Below, in pieces: positions 13,040-26,539 of a stretch of DNA of 64,000 nucleotides. Position 1 is the first letter of the stretch; each line of letters starts with the position of its first letter. The notes below the pieces were generated by a model that searched no databases, had not been told where the DNA came from, and was given only the letters and a program-made list of their open reading frames with translations. This stretch comes from Octopus vulgaris (lineage: Eukaryota), in assembly GCA_951406725.2 (NCBI GenBank), contig OX597818.1, positions 77,128,001 to 77,192,000 on the forward strand, given 5' to 3'. Both the position numbers and the translations under genes were made by a program.

Positions 13040-15560
13040 GACAAAACAAGACAATTATTATGAGTTCGTATGATACTTAGTTTTTAAAAATATCGAATGA
13101 TATATAATTAAATTTGACTTTTGGGTGAGGGAATTAAACCTGATGGGTTGAAAATCCCAGCGACTATACCTTTTCCTATTCCCATGAGGATTAAGCAAGG
13201 TCACTTGCACCCACTTTTCTTACCACAGCCTTCCATCTTTTCTCGAACACACCTCGTGGTAGGCTCTCTTCTCCAGCCCTATCTTGCTCTTCAGATGGTA
13301 TCTGAAGTATGTCAGAAAACCAGGGCTAGAGATGAAAGATCGGGTCGTGAGTCCTTGCAGTCTGGTCTTCCACACACACTCTTTCAACACTGCCACTGAA
13401 CAGAGAAAACATGCCTCACCTTCCTTTGAGAGTCCAGTTGGCAGCACAATCTGCCTAGGTGTGACAACACTTGTTCAACGTAAATTACCAAGCCTGAAAG
13501 CTTCCAGCACTGTACAAAAGCATGCTGGACGGTTTCATCGTCCAGCCCACATCTTGGACATGCCATTGGCACTGACATCCCATGCCTGGATAACTTATCG
13601 CAAACAGGTAAAATATTCCTGTAGCACTGCCAGGTCGGAGATTTTTGGTAATTATCCAAATACCTTGGCCTGAAAGTTTTTTGCAACTGGTTGGGACGTT
13701 AGTTCTAGTTGAACCCCAGAGCCCCTCCTAGGACGTCATCATTTAACTCTACCAGCCCTTTATACAAAACCGAGATGGTATTCCCACTGCCAGCCTTGTC
13801 CGTCTTGTGGATTAGCATGAGTCGATACTCCTTTTGCCATTCTATCAGATTATGTCTTTTAATAAAACTGGATATGAATCTCTTCAAAGAGGCTGGTTGC
13901 GGAAAGAATTCCTCCACCAGTGGATTTCACACCTTGTTGCCCTCCAGGTAGCACCAGAGATGCCTCAGCCTCAACGCATGTCTGCGCATCATTAGCCAGG
14001 GTATCCCTAACCCACCCTTTAACAGTCCTGGCAGCAGATGGAGCGCCTCACAAGTGGCTTTCCTCCTTTCCACAATAAGTGGAAGAGGAGGCGCTCCAAC
14101 TTGTTTAGCCACAAGTCAAGGCAAGGGCAACAGTTATGCAGTAGGTGATTACAGATGCAATAAACACCTGTACCACCCCTGCCCTTCCTTTCAGGGACAG
14201 AGCCCGTCTGGACCAAGTGTGGACTGGGGCCTCCACCCTGTCTACCACCTTGCTCCAATTCTTCTCCATCTGGGAGTCCGGTCCAAACCAAACTCCAAGC
14301 AACTTAACAGGACCATCTGTCCAGTGACCCATGACACTCAACGATATTGACTTGCTCCTCCAGATGCTGAGGCACAAGCCGATGGACTTGTCCTTGTTGA
14401 TTTTTGCCCCTGCCACCCCCTTGAATCCTTTGATAGCATCCTCTACACAAGGCAGCTGAACCTCATTAGACACAATGATTTTGACGTCATCCACATAAGC
14501 AGAGACTGAATTACTGCATCCAATTTCATTGGGGGTGCACCCCAAATTCTCCAACTTCTGCAGTAATGGCTCAAGAGCCAACACATACAGAAGCGGAGAC
14601 AGGGGACACCCTTGATGAACTGAGCACTTGATTGAAAACAGCTCCGACAGGTAGCCATTTATCTGAATGGTGGATTTGATGCCACTATACATTGCAAAGA
14701 TCTACTGATGGAAGTCCGGGCCCAGCCCAACCGCTTTGAGGACTACTGCCAGGTACTAGTGGTCTATCCTATCAAATGCTTTACTTTGGTCTAAATGGAC
14801 CAGTGCCCCACCTTTGCTGGTTAATTTACCCAACCTGTCTAAGGCGTAGCGTATAAGGTGAAGAGTGTCCTGGATCGAGCTGCCTGGAATGGTGCATGTC
14901 TGTGCCTTACCTACAAGCTTCTCCACGACATGCGTCAACCTTCTTTGCTAACACCTTGGCCAAAATCTTTAACTCTATATTGTGTAGAGTTATGGGCCTG
15001 TAATTACTTATAATATCCCCTTGTGCGGGTTCTTCTGGATCAGTGTCACCACTCCCTAACTCACACAGCTGGGAATCCTCCCATTCTGTTGCCAGTTTGT
15101 GTAGACGCCTGCCAGCAGGTACCCGAACAAGTCCAGCATGCTATGATAAAACTCATAGAGTAGACCATCCAGCCCTGGCAACTCGTCCCTGGCGCACTTG
15201 GCCAACACCTCTTTGACCTCTGCAGGTGTAATTGGTCCTTCACAGCATTCCACCTCACATGCCAAGAGTCACAGCCCACCAGTGAGGAAGCCCTTTAGGA
15301 ACTCCCCATGCTCGAGTGCATTGCTGCCCCTAAAGAACCAGGCGAAATGCTGGTGAAAGGCCCTTTGCATCTTTTCCTGTCCTTAGATCTTGTGCACCTG
15401 TTCATCAAAGACGTTTGTTAAAGACTTTATAGAGGTTATTTTGCCCCTCTGACACTCCACACAACGGGCCCATCCGGCAATATTAATACCTTCTCATCTC
15501 ACTGCATGTAGCTTAGCTCTGACTCTGCAGCCTTCGTGTTTGGCTTTACACATGGAACAA
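13040..15560 (-). mobile_element. Degenerate L1/Tx1-like non-LTR retrotransposon (RT plus C-terminal zinc knuckle)
   Basis: Frameshifted fragments PGLDGL, LDQSKAFDRIDH, SVHQGCPLSPLLY, SAYVDDV, KGGLG and CPRCGLDDETVQHAFVQC. Confidence 0.85.
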
Positions 15561-16589
15561 ACTCCCATAACTTTGGTAACAGCAGATTATGACGTGAAAA
15601 ATCCAAGTCTGCTGGAGAGAATAGTAGTTTGCTCCAGCTCGCAATATATAGAAAAATAAGAGACAACCAGTCACTGATCTTGCAACAAGGAAATTAGTTA
15701 GTCACAAAATCTCTATAAGAGATGAAATCAGTAACTATACTGGGAAGTATTTTTTATCACCAGTTCAGTATAACTGTTCCATAAGAACCAACGTTACTAC
15801 CATTTTAACTTCCAGAGGATGCTGGTTAACCCCTCAATCACTTTTCATTTCGAGAGTGCACAGGTTGTTGGCTGACATGAGTACAGGAGGGGTGATGTCT
15901 TGTACAGATGACAATGTAGAAAGTAATCAGTGCTCAGACTGACAGGCAAGTGAGGAGAAACAGAGTGGTGCAAAGCTAGCAGTGAAGCTGGAAGTGGATG
16001 AGAGGGTAAGTGATGATAGTAAACAATAATGTAGATCATGTACATTTGCTCAGGTGGCCAAAGAGGGGAACAGAAAAAAAGAGCAATGACATCAGAAGGG
16101 CTTGGATGGCTGGTTGGAAGTGAGAAGCAGTTGTATGATTTAAGTGGTAAGATTATGTAGAACAGTAGAGGTGGATAAAAGTAAGGATGGGTGATGTGAT
16201 ATTCCTTAAGAGATTGGTGGTAATAGAAGTAACCCTAAGGAAGGGAGAGTGTAATGGCTGGTAGTAGAGAAGGGTATAAAGGGTAACAGAGATGCAATAG
16301 ATACAAAGATTTATAGAAGAATGAGGATGGCCTAATACATGAACGGTGAAGGAGTCAGAAGAATGGAGTGGACCAATGTAGTCTTTTTATTAGAAGAATG
16401 AAGTGAACTGGTGGTGATAGTGGTGGTAAGCAGTGAGAAACAAGGTGATGCTGGAAGTCAGGGAATTTGCAGTATGTAAGGTGGGGAGAAGCAGCAAATT
16501 ATATATTCTATGCTTGGCAGAGCACAGGGTAACTCAGAGACTCTAAACATTATCCTTATATCAGGGTATGTTTCTTTGTAGCACTGAAT

Positions 16590-17600
16590 ATCACCAATCA
16601 GTACTGCTTTTTCTCATTTCTTCTGTGAGGTGCAGCATCTTCATATCAACCTTCACCACTTCATCCCATGTCTTCCTTGATCTCTCTCTTCCAAGGGTTG
16701 GAATTTTTAGTACTTCTTTATGCAACAGTTATCCTCCATATGCATCAAATATCCATACCAAGACAGCCTTCTCTCTAGGATACTACATCTGATTCCTTAT
16801 ACCCAATTTTCTTTCAGGTCATTTGTACTCTGGCATTCATGTACATTACCATTACATATCCACTGGAGCATACTTGCTTTATTTTTTTCTCACCTTTACA
16901 GGTCTTCTGCATTCAACCCCCATGTTTCACTATCATGCAGCATCACAATTTTAACACAAGTCTCATACATTCTGCCCTTCACACTGAGGAAGAGAACCAT
17001 TGTTGCTAGCAGAGGCTTACTGACTCTTTTTTCCAACCTGTTCTTATCCTGGCAACTACTCTCTGAGAACATGAGTGGTTAGGGTGTTACACAAGTGACT
17101 ACAAGATAGTGGTTTCAATTCCTGGAACAGGCAGAGCATTGTGTTCTTGAGCAAAACACTTCATTTCAAGTTGCTCTGTAATTTCTTTGATGCCTGACAT
17201 GTAGCAATGTTGATTTGAAGGAAGGAAGAAGCTTATGTACAGACCAACATTTGACCACTATAAACAAATCGTCTGTCATATACATCAGGAGAATCCACAA
17301 TACTTTCAGAACAATCACCTTCACAACTAATTATGTAACCTAGGTAACAGAAATTATAGACCACTCTGAGCAAGCTAAGCATTTAAGAAAGTCTTTTTCT
17401 AGTGCATTCTTAGTGTGTATTGTTCCAGTGCATCTTCCACAGACAAAGCTTGTCATCTCTGATAGTCTGCCTGTGATTCTCCTACACGACTTGTATGTCC
17501 ATAGCCCACACTGAGTACAGTGTATGGAGTTTCTACCTACTCCTTTTCTACATATTGAGAGAGGCTTTTTCCCTGACGATATCAAGGGGCCCTTGTTTCT
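16590..17600 (-). mobile_element. Fragmented RTE LINE (same family as 53810-56045), interrupted by a SINE remnant
   Basis: ICRKGVGRNSIHCTQCGLWTYKSC...FVCGRC; DNA similarity to 54600-55330. Confidence 0.7.
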
Positions 17601-18060
17601 TTCCTTCTAACATCACCATCTTTACCAGCTTTGAGTTCACTCAATTCTTTCTAGGCTGCATGTATGTATCTGTGTGAATCAATCAATCAATAAACCAATC
17701 TGTCTGTCTGTCTATGTATGTGTGTATTTATATATATGTACCTGTTTCTTAGTCTTAAGAATGTGTGATAATTGTAAATGAGCATCACTGTCATAAAAGC
17801 AGAATCCTTTGTTTCCATCCCACTGTGAAAAATATGGCTGGCCATGGGGAAATATTACCTTGTTTGGAAATGGGTGAAGGTTGGAGAGAGGAAAGAAATC
17901 TGCCTTAAGAAACTCTAGCTGACCTGTACAAGCCTAGAAAAGTGGATGTTAAAATGATGATGATGATGGTGGTGGTGGTGGTGGCAATAACTCTTCTATG
18001 TCTTAGCTTGGCTTATTTATTTAAGTTGAAAATTCTTTTTTCTAATGAACAAATATTTTT

Positions 18061-18101
<41 letters not shown>

Positions 18102-19163
18102 TATTATATGCATGCATGGCGTTTTAAATAAATTGACAACTAAAGACAGGATTTAATCATATCACTAAGAATTTGTCACACTAAGAGGAATCAGGTGTAA
18201 ATATTTAAGTTCCCAAGTTCAATTTCAAGTGAATATTCTTATTCACAAGAATATGGAAGAAACAATACTAAAGAATATGTCTAATTTCTTATTACATAAC
18301 AATTAAGAGCAATATTTTGGGGTAATAGAGGTGAAAGACTGAAGAAGTGAGAATTTTATAAAAAAAAGTAATACAAAGTATATTCTTTTATATCCTTTTT
18401 CAGCACAAGATCCTGTAATATTTTTAATGAAATCATCGTCTGTCTCCTACCTATAGCTATTCTGTATATCACAGAAATCTTATTGCTCCTGCAGTGTTTC
18501 ATAAGCAAATGATATCAACATCTTACATAACCACAGTTATATCAGACAACAAGGAAGAAGATGAAAAGAAAAGCATCTATAATATATTTAAGCCTACTAT
18601 GTCTAGCATTTGCCACTACATTCTGACATTCTGCTGCTGTTCCTGCTTCTGCTGATGCTGCTGTTGCTGTTGTTCTGTCGGTACATAAACACCTCTGCAC
18701 TTAGCTTTCCAAGGCTGCAGTGCAAAATAAGATTTCAAGCAGTGAATTTCAAGAAAACTGTTTAGTCTTAACAATGATAGGTTTTAGCTATGAAAAGGTG
18801 AAGAGGTGAATGGAGTTCTGGTTTTACTGCTTCTTGAAGTAATTCATATGATTTTTAGTAAAGATTGTTGGTAATTTTGGATATATTAAACATTAGGTAA
18901 ATCTTTAAAATCTGTTTGGTATTGTAAAAAACAATCTGATTGAATAACTATGCAGTCATATATACCTATATTATATAATATTCACTCTTTCTCTCTTACA
19001 AATATATATAGACATATATACATATATATCTACCTACACACACATACATATATGCATATGTATATATAAATATAGGTATAATATGTGTATATATATACAC
19101 ACACACACATAAATGCATCTATATAGACATTTATTTAAAATTATTATATATATATATCTATGT

Positions 19164-19197
<34 letters not shown>

Positions 19198-19273
19198 ATA
19201 ATATTATTGCTCTTTCTTACAAAATATACAGAACTGCTAAAAAGAAGTGCTTGGGTCGAACCTGAGACAAAAG

Positions 19274-20045
19274 ATAAGAATTAAGATATAAACTCAAATT
19301 AGGCAATCATAATCATACATTTATAAATTTGGCTTAAAATGCGTATATATATATTAATACATATTGACACATGAATATTTTTAAAAAATATTTATAAAAT
19401 ATGAATATATATATATAAATACACATAAAAATACATGTAAATAAAACCCATATGTGATATGTATGGAAGGAAGTGTGAGAAAAAGAGGACTGAAAAAATT
19501 TTTTTTTCTACTGAAATTAAGAGCGGTTGAGAGCTTCAATTAAAATATCCAAAGGGTTTGGTGTGTTTTTTTTAAATATAAATGGTGTATAAGGTATGTA
19601 GAATGTGATTTTATGAGGATACCTTTCCTGATGAAGTGGATGTTGTCCACATGGTTTGTAAGATTTATTAATTTTTCTACCAGGACATGAGCTCTAGAAA
19701 AAGCTGTTGAAAGTGAACCTCCTCGAACTCTATTATGCACCTTATATACCATTTATAATTTTAAAAAAAACATACCGAACTCTATGGATCTTTTAATCAA
19801 AACTCTTAACCGCTCTTAATTTCAGTACAAAAAAGTTTTTTTCAGTCCTCTTTTTCTCACACATCCTTCCATACGTATCCCACATGGATTTTTATGTATA
19901 TTTATATACATATTTATATTTTATAGATATTTTAAAAAATAGTCATATGTGTCGATATGTATTAATATATGTATACGGATTTTAAGTCGAATTTATAAAT
20001 GTATGAGTATGATTGCCTAATTTGAGTTTATATCTTAATTCTTAT
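19274..20045. repeat. Inverted-repeat element (about 320-bp diverged arms) enclosing a hammerhead motif
   Basis: 19274-19595 is approximately the reverse complement of 19737-20045. Confidence 0.85.
19623..19713 (+). ncRNA. Degenerate type-I hammerhead motif
   Basis: ctttc-CTGATGA-long stem II-GAAA-aagctg-TT-gaaag. Stem I has 5 bp; stem III is one change from the palindrome cagctg. Confidence 0.55.
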
Positions 20046-20232
20046 ATATTTACATATACATATATATATATATAAATAATTTGGGAAAACAAATTTCCAA
20101 ATCAATCAAGTGCAACCCCTCAGCATTATATGCATCTACATATTGTATTTTGGGGTCTTATTTATCATATATTTATATATTTATCTATAAATATACAAAG
20201 CATCTGATAAAAATTGAATATCTATCTATCTA

Positions 20233-21057
<825 letters not shown>

Positions 21058-21893
21058 CTAACTGATGTACCTGGTAATTCCCAGAGAATCAAGGTTTATC
21101 CCTTGGTTCCGTTCTCATAATTGTTTCACTAATCCAATAAAAACAATACAAATTATGTAGCGCTTAGAATGTTTTTGTGCATTTACAGAGAATAGCAAAC
21201 TGTCTTACACAGGATCTTGTTTTTAGGAATTCCCAATAAGATATGAATACCCCAAATTGTTAAGTCAGTTATGTAATAACAATTAGAATTCATATAAAGT
21301 AGCCCCCAAAAGGGCTTTAATACATTCACAGAGTATATAGAACTTGAGAGGAAATACTAATAAGGTATGTATACTTAAATTGTGAAGCATGTTATGTAAT
21401 AACAGGCTAATTAGATATAAGATAATAACAATTCAAAGTAAATAACTCTGAAAAGGGCTTTCGTGTGTTCTCTGAGAATATTAACCTCAGCGGCACTAGT
21501 GTTGATATATTGGTGAATAAGTCATAAACCAAAATAAGTGGATCTATTGTTTAGGAAAATACTATTTACTTGTTTAAAGGTTGTACTGGATAAATTGTGA
21601 AAATAACTCTAGCAGTTCAAATACTAAGAAATAAGCATACTCAATTTGATTTATACCAAATGATTTAGGAAAAGGAATGGGTTATTTCCCTTGGCTGTTA
21701 AAATCTGTTAAAATGCAATATATTAGATATATATAAGGGTCCATTTCAACAATCTGAGTATGCCATGTGGCTTCCAAGCATGAGTTCTACTCACATGTCA
21801 AGTTTCATCAAAATTGATCAAATGATGTAGGAGGAGTTAGCTAACAACACCACAAACACACCCATAGACAGAATTTTCCACATATGTAGTAGA
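21058..21893 (-). mobile_element. Non-autonomous Helitron-like element
   Basis: On the minus strand it starts A|TCTACTAC and ends ...cagTTAG|T. Homologous to 41752-42641 and 51433-51983. Confidence 0.7.
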
Positions 21894-22027
21894 TATATAT
21901 GTGTGTGTGTGTGTGTGTGTGTACACATATATATATACATACATATATATATATATACATACATACATATGTGTGTGTATATATATATATATACATACAC
22001 ACACACATACATACATACATACATACA

Positions 22028-22060
<33 letters not shown>

Positions 22061-22473
22061 TGAACAATAGACTTCTTTCACTTTGGTCGGCCTGAGGCTA
22101 GAGTAAAAGACACTTGCCCAAGCTACCATACAGTGGAATTGAATCCAGAACCATGTGGCTGAGAAGTGAGCTTCTTACCACACAGCTATGCCTGTATACC
22201 TGTTATAATCATGTGACCATGCAGAGGCACTGCCTGAAAGGGTTTAATCAAACAAATCTAGCCCAGTAGTTATTTTTTTAAAAGTTTGGTGATTATTATA
22301 TCAGATTCTTTTTGCTAAACTGGTAAGTTACAAGGAAATAAAATAAACCAATACTAGTTGTGAAGTGGAGAGGGGACAAACACAAAGACACACACACACA
22401 CACACACACATGTATGCTTATGTATACATATATATGGAAAAATGGATACATAATACATATGTGCATACACACA

Positions 22474-22513
<40 letters not shown>

Positions 22514-22774
22514 CACACATGTATGCATACATATACACAATGAGCTTTTATATAGTTTTACCTATCAAACTCAGTTACAAGGCATTGGTCAGCCCACAGT
22601 TATAGTTGAAAACGCTTGTCCAACCTGAAAGCTTAACGGTTCAGCAAAGTATGAAGGAGTATGAAACATTAAAAAGAAACACGAGTACTGGGGGGGCAAA
22701 AACCATTCAAGGTGATACCCCACCACCACCACCATATGGCCATGGTTCAATGACTGAAACAAGGTAAAAGACAA

Positions 22775-23750
22775 AAGATTAAAGATGCTGATGACATAGT
22801 TCTTATAACTGAATCATCTGTAAATTTAGAGAAGAAATTCCCAAAATGAAAATTTAGTTTTTGTTAAGTTTACTTTGAGATCTCTTGATTCTAGAATAAA
22901 ACTTAATAAAGACTAAAGTAGCAGTAAGTAGGAGAAAAGACAGGACCCAGTTGCTTTTAGGGAAATGAGCAAATCTGATATATGTAAAAGGAGTAAATAG
23001 AGATCCCACATAGTGTACAAAATGTAAACTATGGACACACAAGAGATTTAGAGGGATAACAGGAAGGTTAACAGGTAAGGTAGCCATTATATGCAATAAA
23101 TGCATAAAGGCAATAAGCATTAAAAGCAGAAGTGAACAGACCCTCCCAAATGTCCAGCTGGGTCTCTAGAAGTAGCTAATAGCTTTTGTTGCCTAGTAGA
23201 CCTAATTAGCAGTTGGGCTTGGAGACTTCTGAAGGCAGAGTAACTAGAGTAACAGAGTAATAGGCACAGGAGTGGCTGTGTGGTATGTAGCTTGCTTACC
23301 AACCACATGGTTGTGTGGTAAGTAGCTTGCTTACCAACCACATGGTTCCGGGTTCAGTCCCACTGCGTGGCACCTTGGGCAAGTGTCTTCCACTATAGCC
23401 TTGGGCCGACCAAAGCCTTGTGAGTGGATTTGGTAGATGGAAACTGAAAGAAGCCTGTCGTATATATGTATATGTATATATATATATATGTGTGTGTGTG
23501 TTTGTGTTTGTCCCCCCACCCCAACATCACTTGACAACCGGTGCTGGTGTGTTTACGTCCCCGTAACTTAGCGGTCCAGCAAAAGAGACCAATTGAATAA
23601 GTACTAGGCATACAAAGAATAAGTCCTGGAGTCGATTTGCTCGACTAAAGGCGGTGCTCCGGCATGGCCAGTGTCAAATGACTGAAACAAGTAAAAGAGT
23701 AAAAAGAGAGTAAGAACAGGTTCGAAAAAGTTCAAGAAGTCTTTTTCTCA
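22775..23750 (+). mobile_element. Degenerate RTE fragment with an inserted SINE
   Basis: gatgctgatgac (YADD region) followed by remnants of the Cys-rich insert; the sequence resumes after the SINE at about 23713. Confidence 0.55.
23262..23712 (+). mobile_element. tRNA-derived CORE-type SINE (full copies also at 35227-35681(+), 56885-57290(-); partial copies at 22067-22196, 26090-26416, 34385-34750, 42710-43390)
   Basis: A-box tggctgtgtggt, B-box ggttcagtccc, CORE-like ccttgggcaagt, internal microsatellite and (AAAAGAGT)n tail. Confidence 0.8.
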
Positions 23751-24883
23751 TGAACGAATGGGAGGCAGGCTACCTCTTTTAACCCAGAATAATTGTAGAA
23801 ACCATTGATGAGAAACAAGATCATATTGATAAAATTTCGAAATAACGTGGTAAGGTTTTATCAAACTACTTCATTCTGTGAGTGTAACTTGCCAATGAAA
23901 GATGTTGTGGCTTGCTACTCGCAATCCCAAATATTTTAGAGGTTACTGTTTTTGTGTGGCTGTTCGAGTTAAATTTTAGCTCTCATTTCTAGCAATTGTA
24001 GGTGCTATTTTGCACCCTCATTTACTAATTTTACATTGTTGGTTTTAATTGCTATAGCCACCTATAATGTATTTAATATATCATAATACAATAACATATT
24101 ATTATAATATCTTATTGTATGTTACTATACATATATATAATAATATACATTTATATATAATATATATACATATGCATTATATATAATATATATACATATA
24201 CATTATATATATAATATATACATACATAATATATATACTTATCACTCCCTTGGTCTACTTTACCATCCCATTTACATTCTGTCTCTGTTCCTTGTGAGCA
24301 TGCCCTGGGACTTCACCACCATCTCTCTCCTGCTTTTTTGCATTGTTGCTCTCTTCCGCTCTCTCTCTTTCTCCTGCTCTCACTCTCTCTCTCTGAATGG
24401 TTAACCATGTAACCTCTCTACAGCAAGACACCTGTTCCTGGCCTTAGTCTTGATCACTCTTTTCTCTCTCTCCCTCTCTTTCTCTCTCACTCCCTCTCTC
24501 TCTCTATCTCTTTCTCTCTCTCTCTCTCTGACTGCATAACCATGTATCTCCTACAGTAAGACACCTGTTTCTATCTCCTTTCATCACCTCACACAAAATA
24601 ACCACCCCCAATGTTCCATCCCCTCTCAAAGGATCTCTGTCTTGGAAGTTACTTGGTGACTCTGCCAGTGCTGGTGCAAAGTAAAAGGCACTGAGTCCAC
24701 TCTTTTGAGTGGCTGGTGTTAGGAAGGGCATCAAGCCATAAAAACCATGCCAAAACAGACTGTTAAGCATTATGCAGTCTTCTGTCTAGCCAGCTCCTGT
24801 CAAACCGTCCAACCCATGTCAGCATGGAAAGCAAATGTTAAATGATGAGAGATAACATATATACATATACATAATATATATAT

Positions 24884-25940
24884 ATTGGGTCATCCTGTTA
24901 ATGCTGTTTTTTCAATTGCGTGAACTAAAAGTAGGAGGGGGATGGAATAAACTACTTGCATCAACTTGCTATAAAAACAGGAAGTAATTTTAACTTGTAC
25001 TTATTCTTAGTGAAAGTTCCGAAATGTGCAGTTTGATTTTAAGTTATTTTTTCAAAGCTATAATGGAAGTGACAAAGGAGCATATTCAGCATATTTTGCT
25101 TTATGAGTTCAATAAAAGCAACAATGCAATGGAAAGTGTGAGAAATATTTGGGGATATTTGCAGTATTTGGGGATTGGAGAACAAGTGTAAGCCAGTGCC
25201 AACAGTGGTTCCAGAAATTCCAAGCTGGAAACTACAGCCTCATCCTGGAAAATCTGTAGAGCTTGATGAAAACATCCCGCAAAACTTGATGGAACAAAAT
25301 CCCATCATAACTGTTGAGGAACTAGCAGAAAAACTTAGATTTTGTCACTCAATCATTCACCAACACCTGCGTGCCATTAGAAAAGTGAGCAAATTGGGTC
25401 AATGGGCTCCTCACAAGTCTAATTGCATGCAGAGAGTGAATGCATGCTCTTCTTTGCTGTCACGTCTCATGAATGTCAGGCACCAATGACCGTGGGTAAG
25501 TAAAGGAGAAACACCAGCACCCCAGGTTAAAGGTCTTCGCCCATATAAGGTGTTGATATCTGTTTGGTGGGATATCAAAGGTTTAGTCCACTTTGAACTT
25601 TTAAACTCAAACCAAACAATAACAAAAGAGATCTACTGTGAGCAGCTTAAGTCAGCACTAGAAGAAAAATGACCATATTTGGTTTCCAGACAAAAGGTGT
25701 TCTTCCATCAGGATAATGCTCAGCCACATACAGTGAGGATGATATTCCAAAGCCTAGAACAGTATGAATGGGAAATGATGCCTCACCTACTATATTCACC
25801 GGACATTGCCCCATCTGATAATCATTTATTCTGCAGACTTCAAAATCATTAGGACGGAAAAAATATGAATTCTGTAGATGAGGTCAGAACAGTAATGGAC
25901 AAGTGAATTTTGGAAGAATGGCCTTACAAGTCTACCAGAT
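24884..25940 (+). mobile_element. Degenerate mariner (DD34D) transposon
   Basis: Frameshifted MEVTKEHIQHILLYEF, ITVEELAEKL, KLGQWAPH, SVWWD, HQDNAQPH and YSPDIAPSD. Starts at TA-ttggg. Confidence 0.85.
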
Positions 25941-26051
25941 TCTATCAGCTTCTTTTGCTGAACTGCTGGGTTATGGGAATGTAAACACACCAACATCAGC
26001 TGTCAAGTAGTGATGGGGGGACAAAGACACACACACACATAGATTCATACA

Positions 26052-26092
<41 letters not shown>

Positions 26093-26414
26093 TCTTTTTA
26101 CTCTTTTACTCTTTTACTTGTTTCAGTCATTTGACTGGGGCCATGCTGGAGCACTGCCTTTAGTCGAGCAATTCTTTGTAAGCCCAGTACTTATTCTATC
26201 GGTCTCTTTTGCCGAACCGCGAAGTTACGGGGACGTAAATACACCAGCATCGGTTGTCAAGCGATGTTGGGGGGCCGGTGGGATTCTTTCAGTCTCTGTC
26301 TACTAAATTGGTTGGCCCAAGGCTATAGAAGACACTTGCCCCAAGTGCCACACAGTTGGACTGGACTTAGAACTGTGTGGTCAGGAAGCAAACTTTTTAC
26401 CACTCAGCCACGCT

Positions 26415-26454
<40 letters not shown>

Positions 26455-26539
26455 CACACACACACACACATACACACACACACACATACACATATATTAT
26501 ATATATGTATATATTATACATACATACATACATACATAC

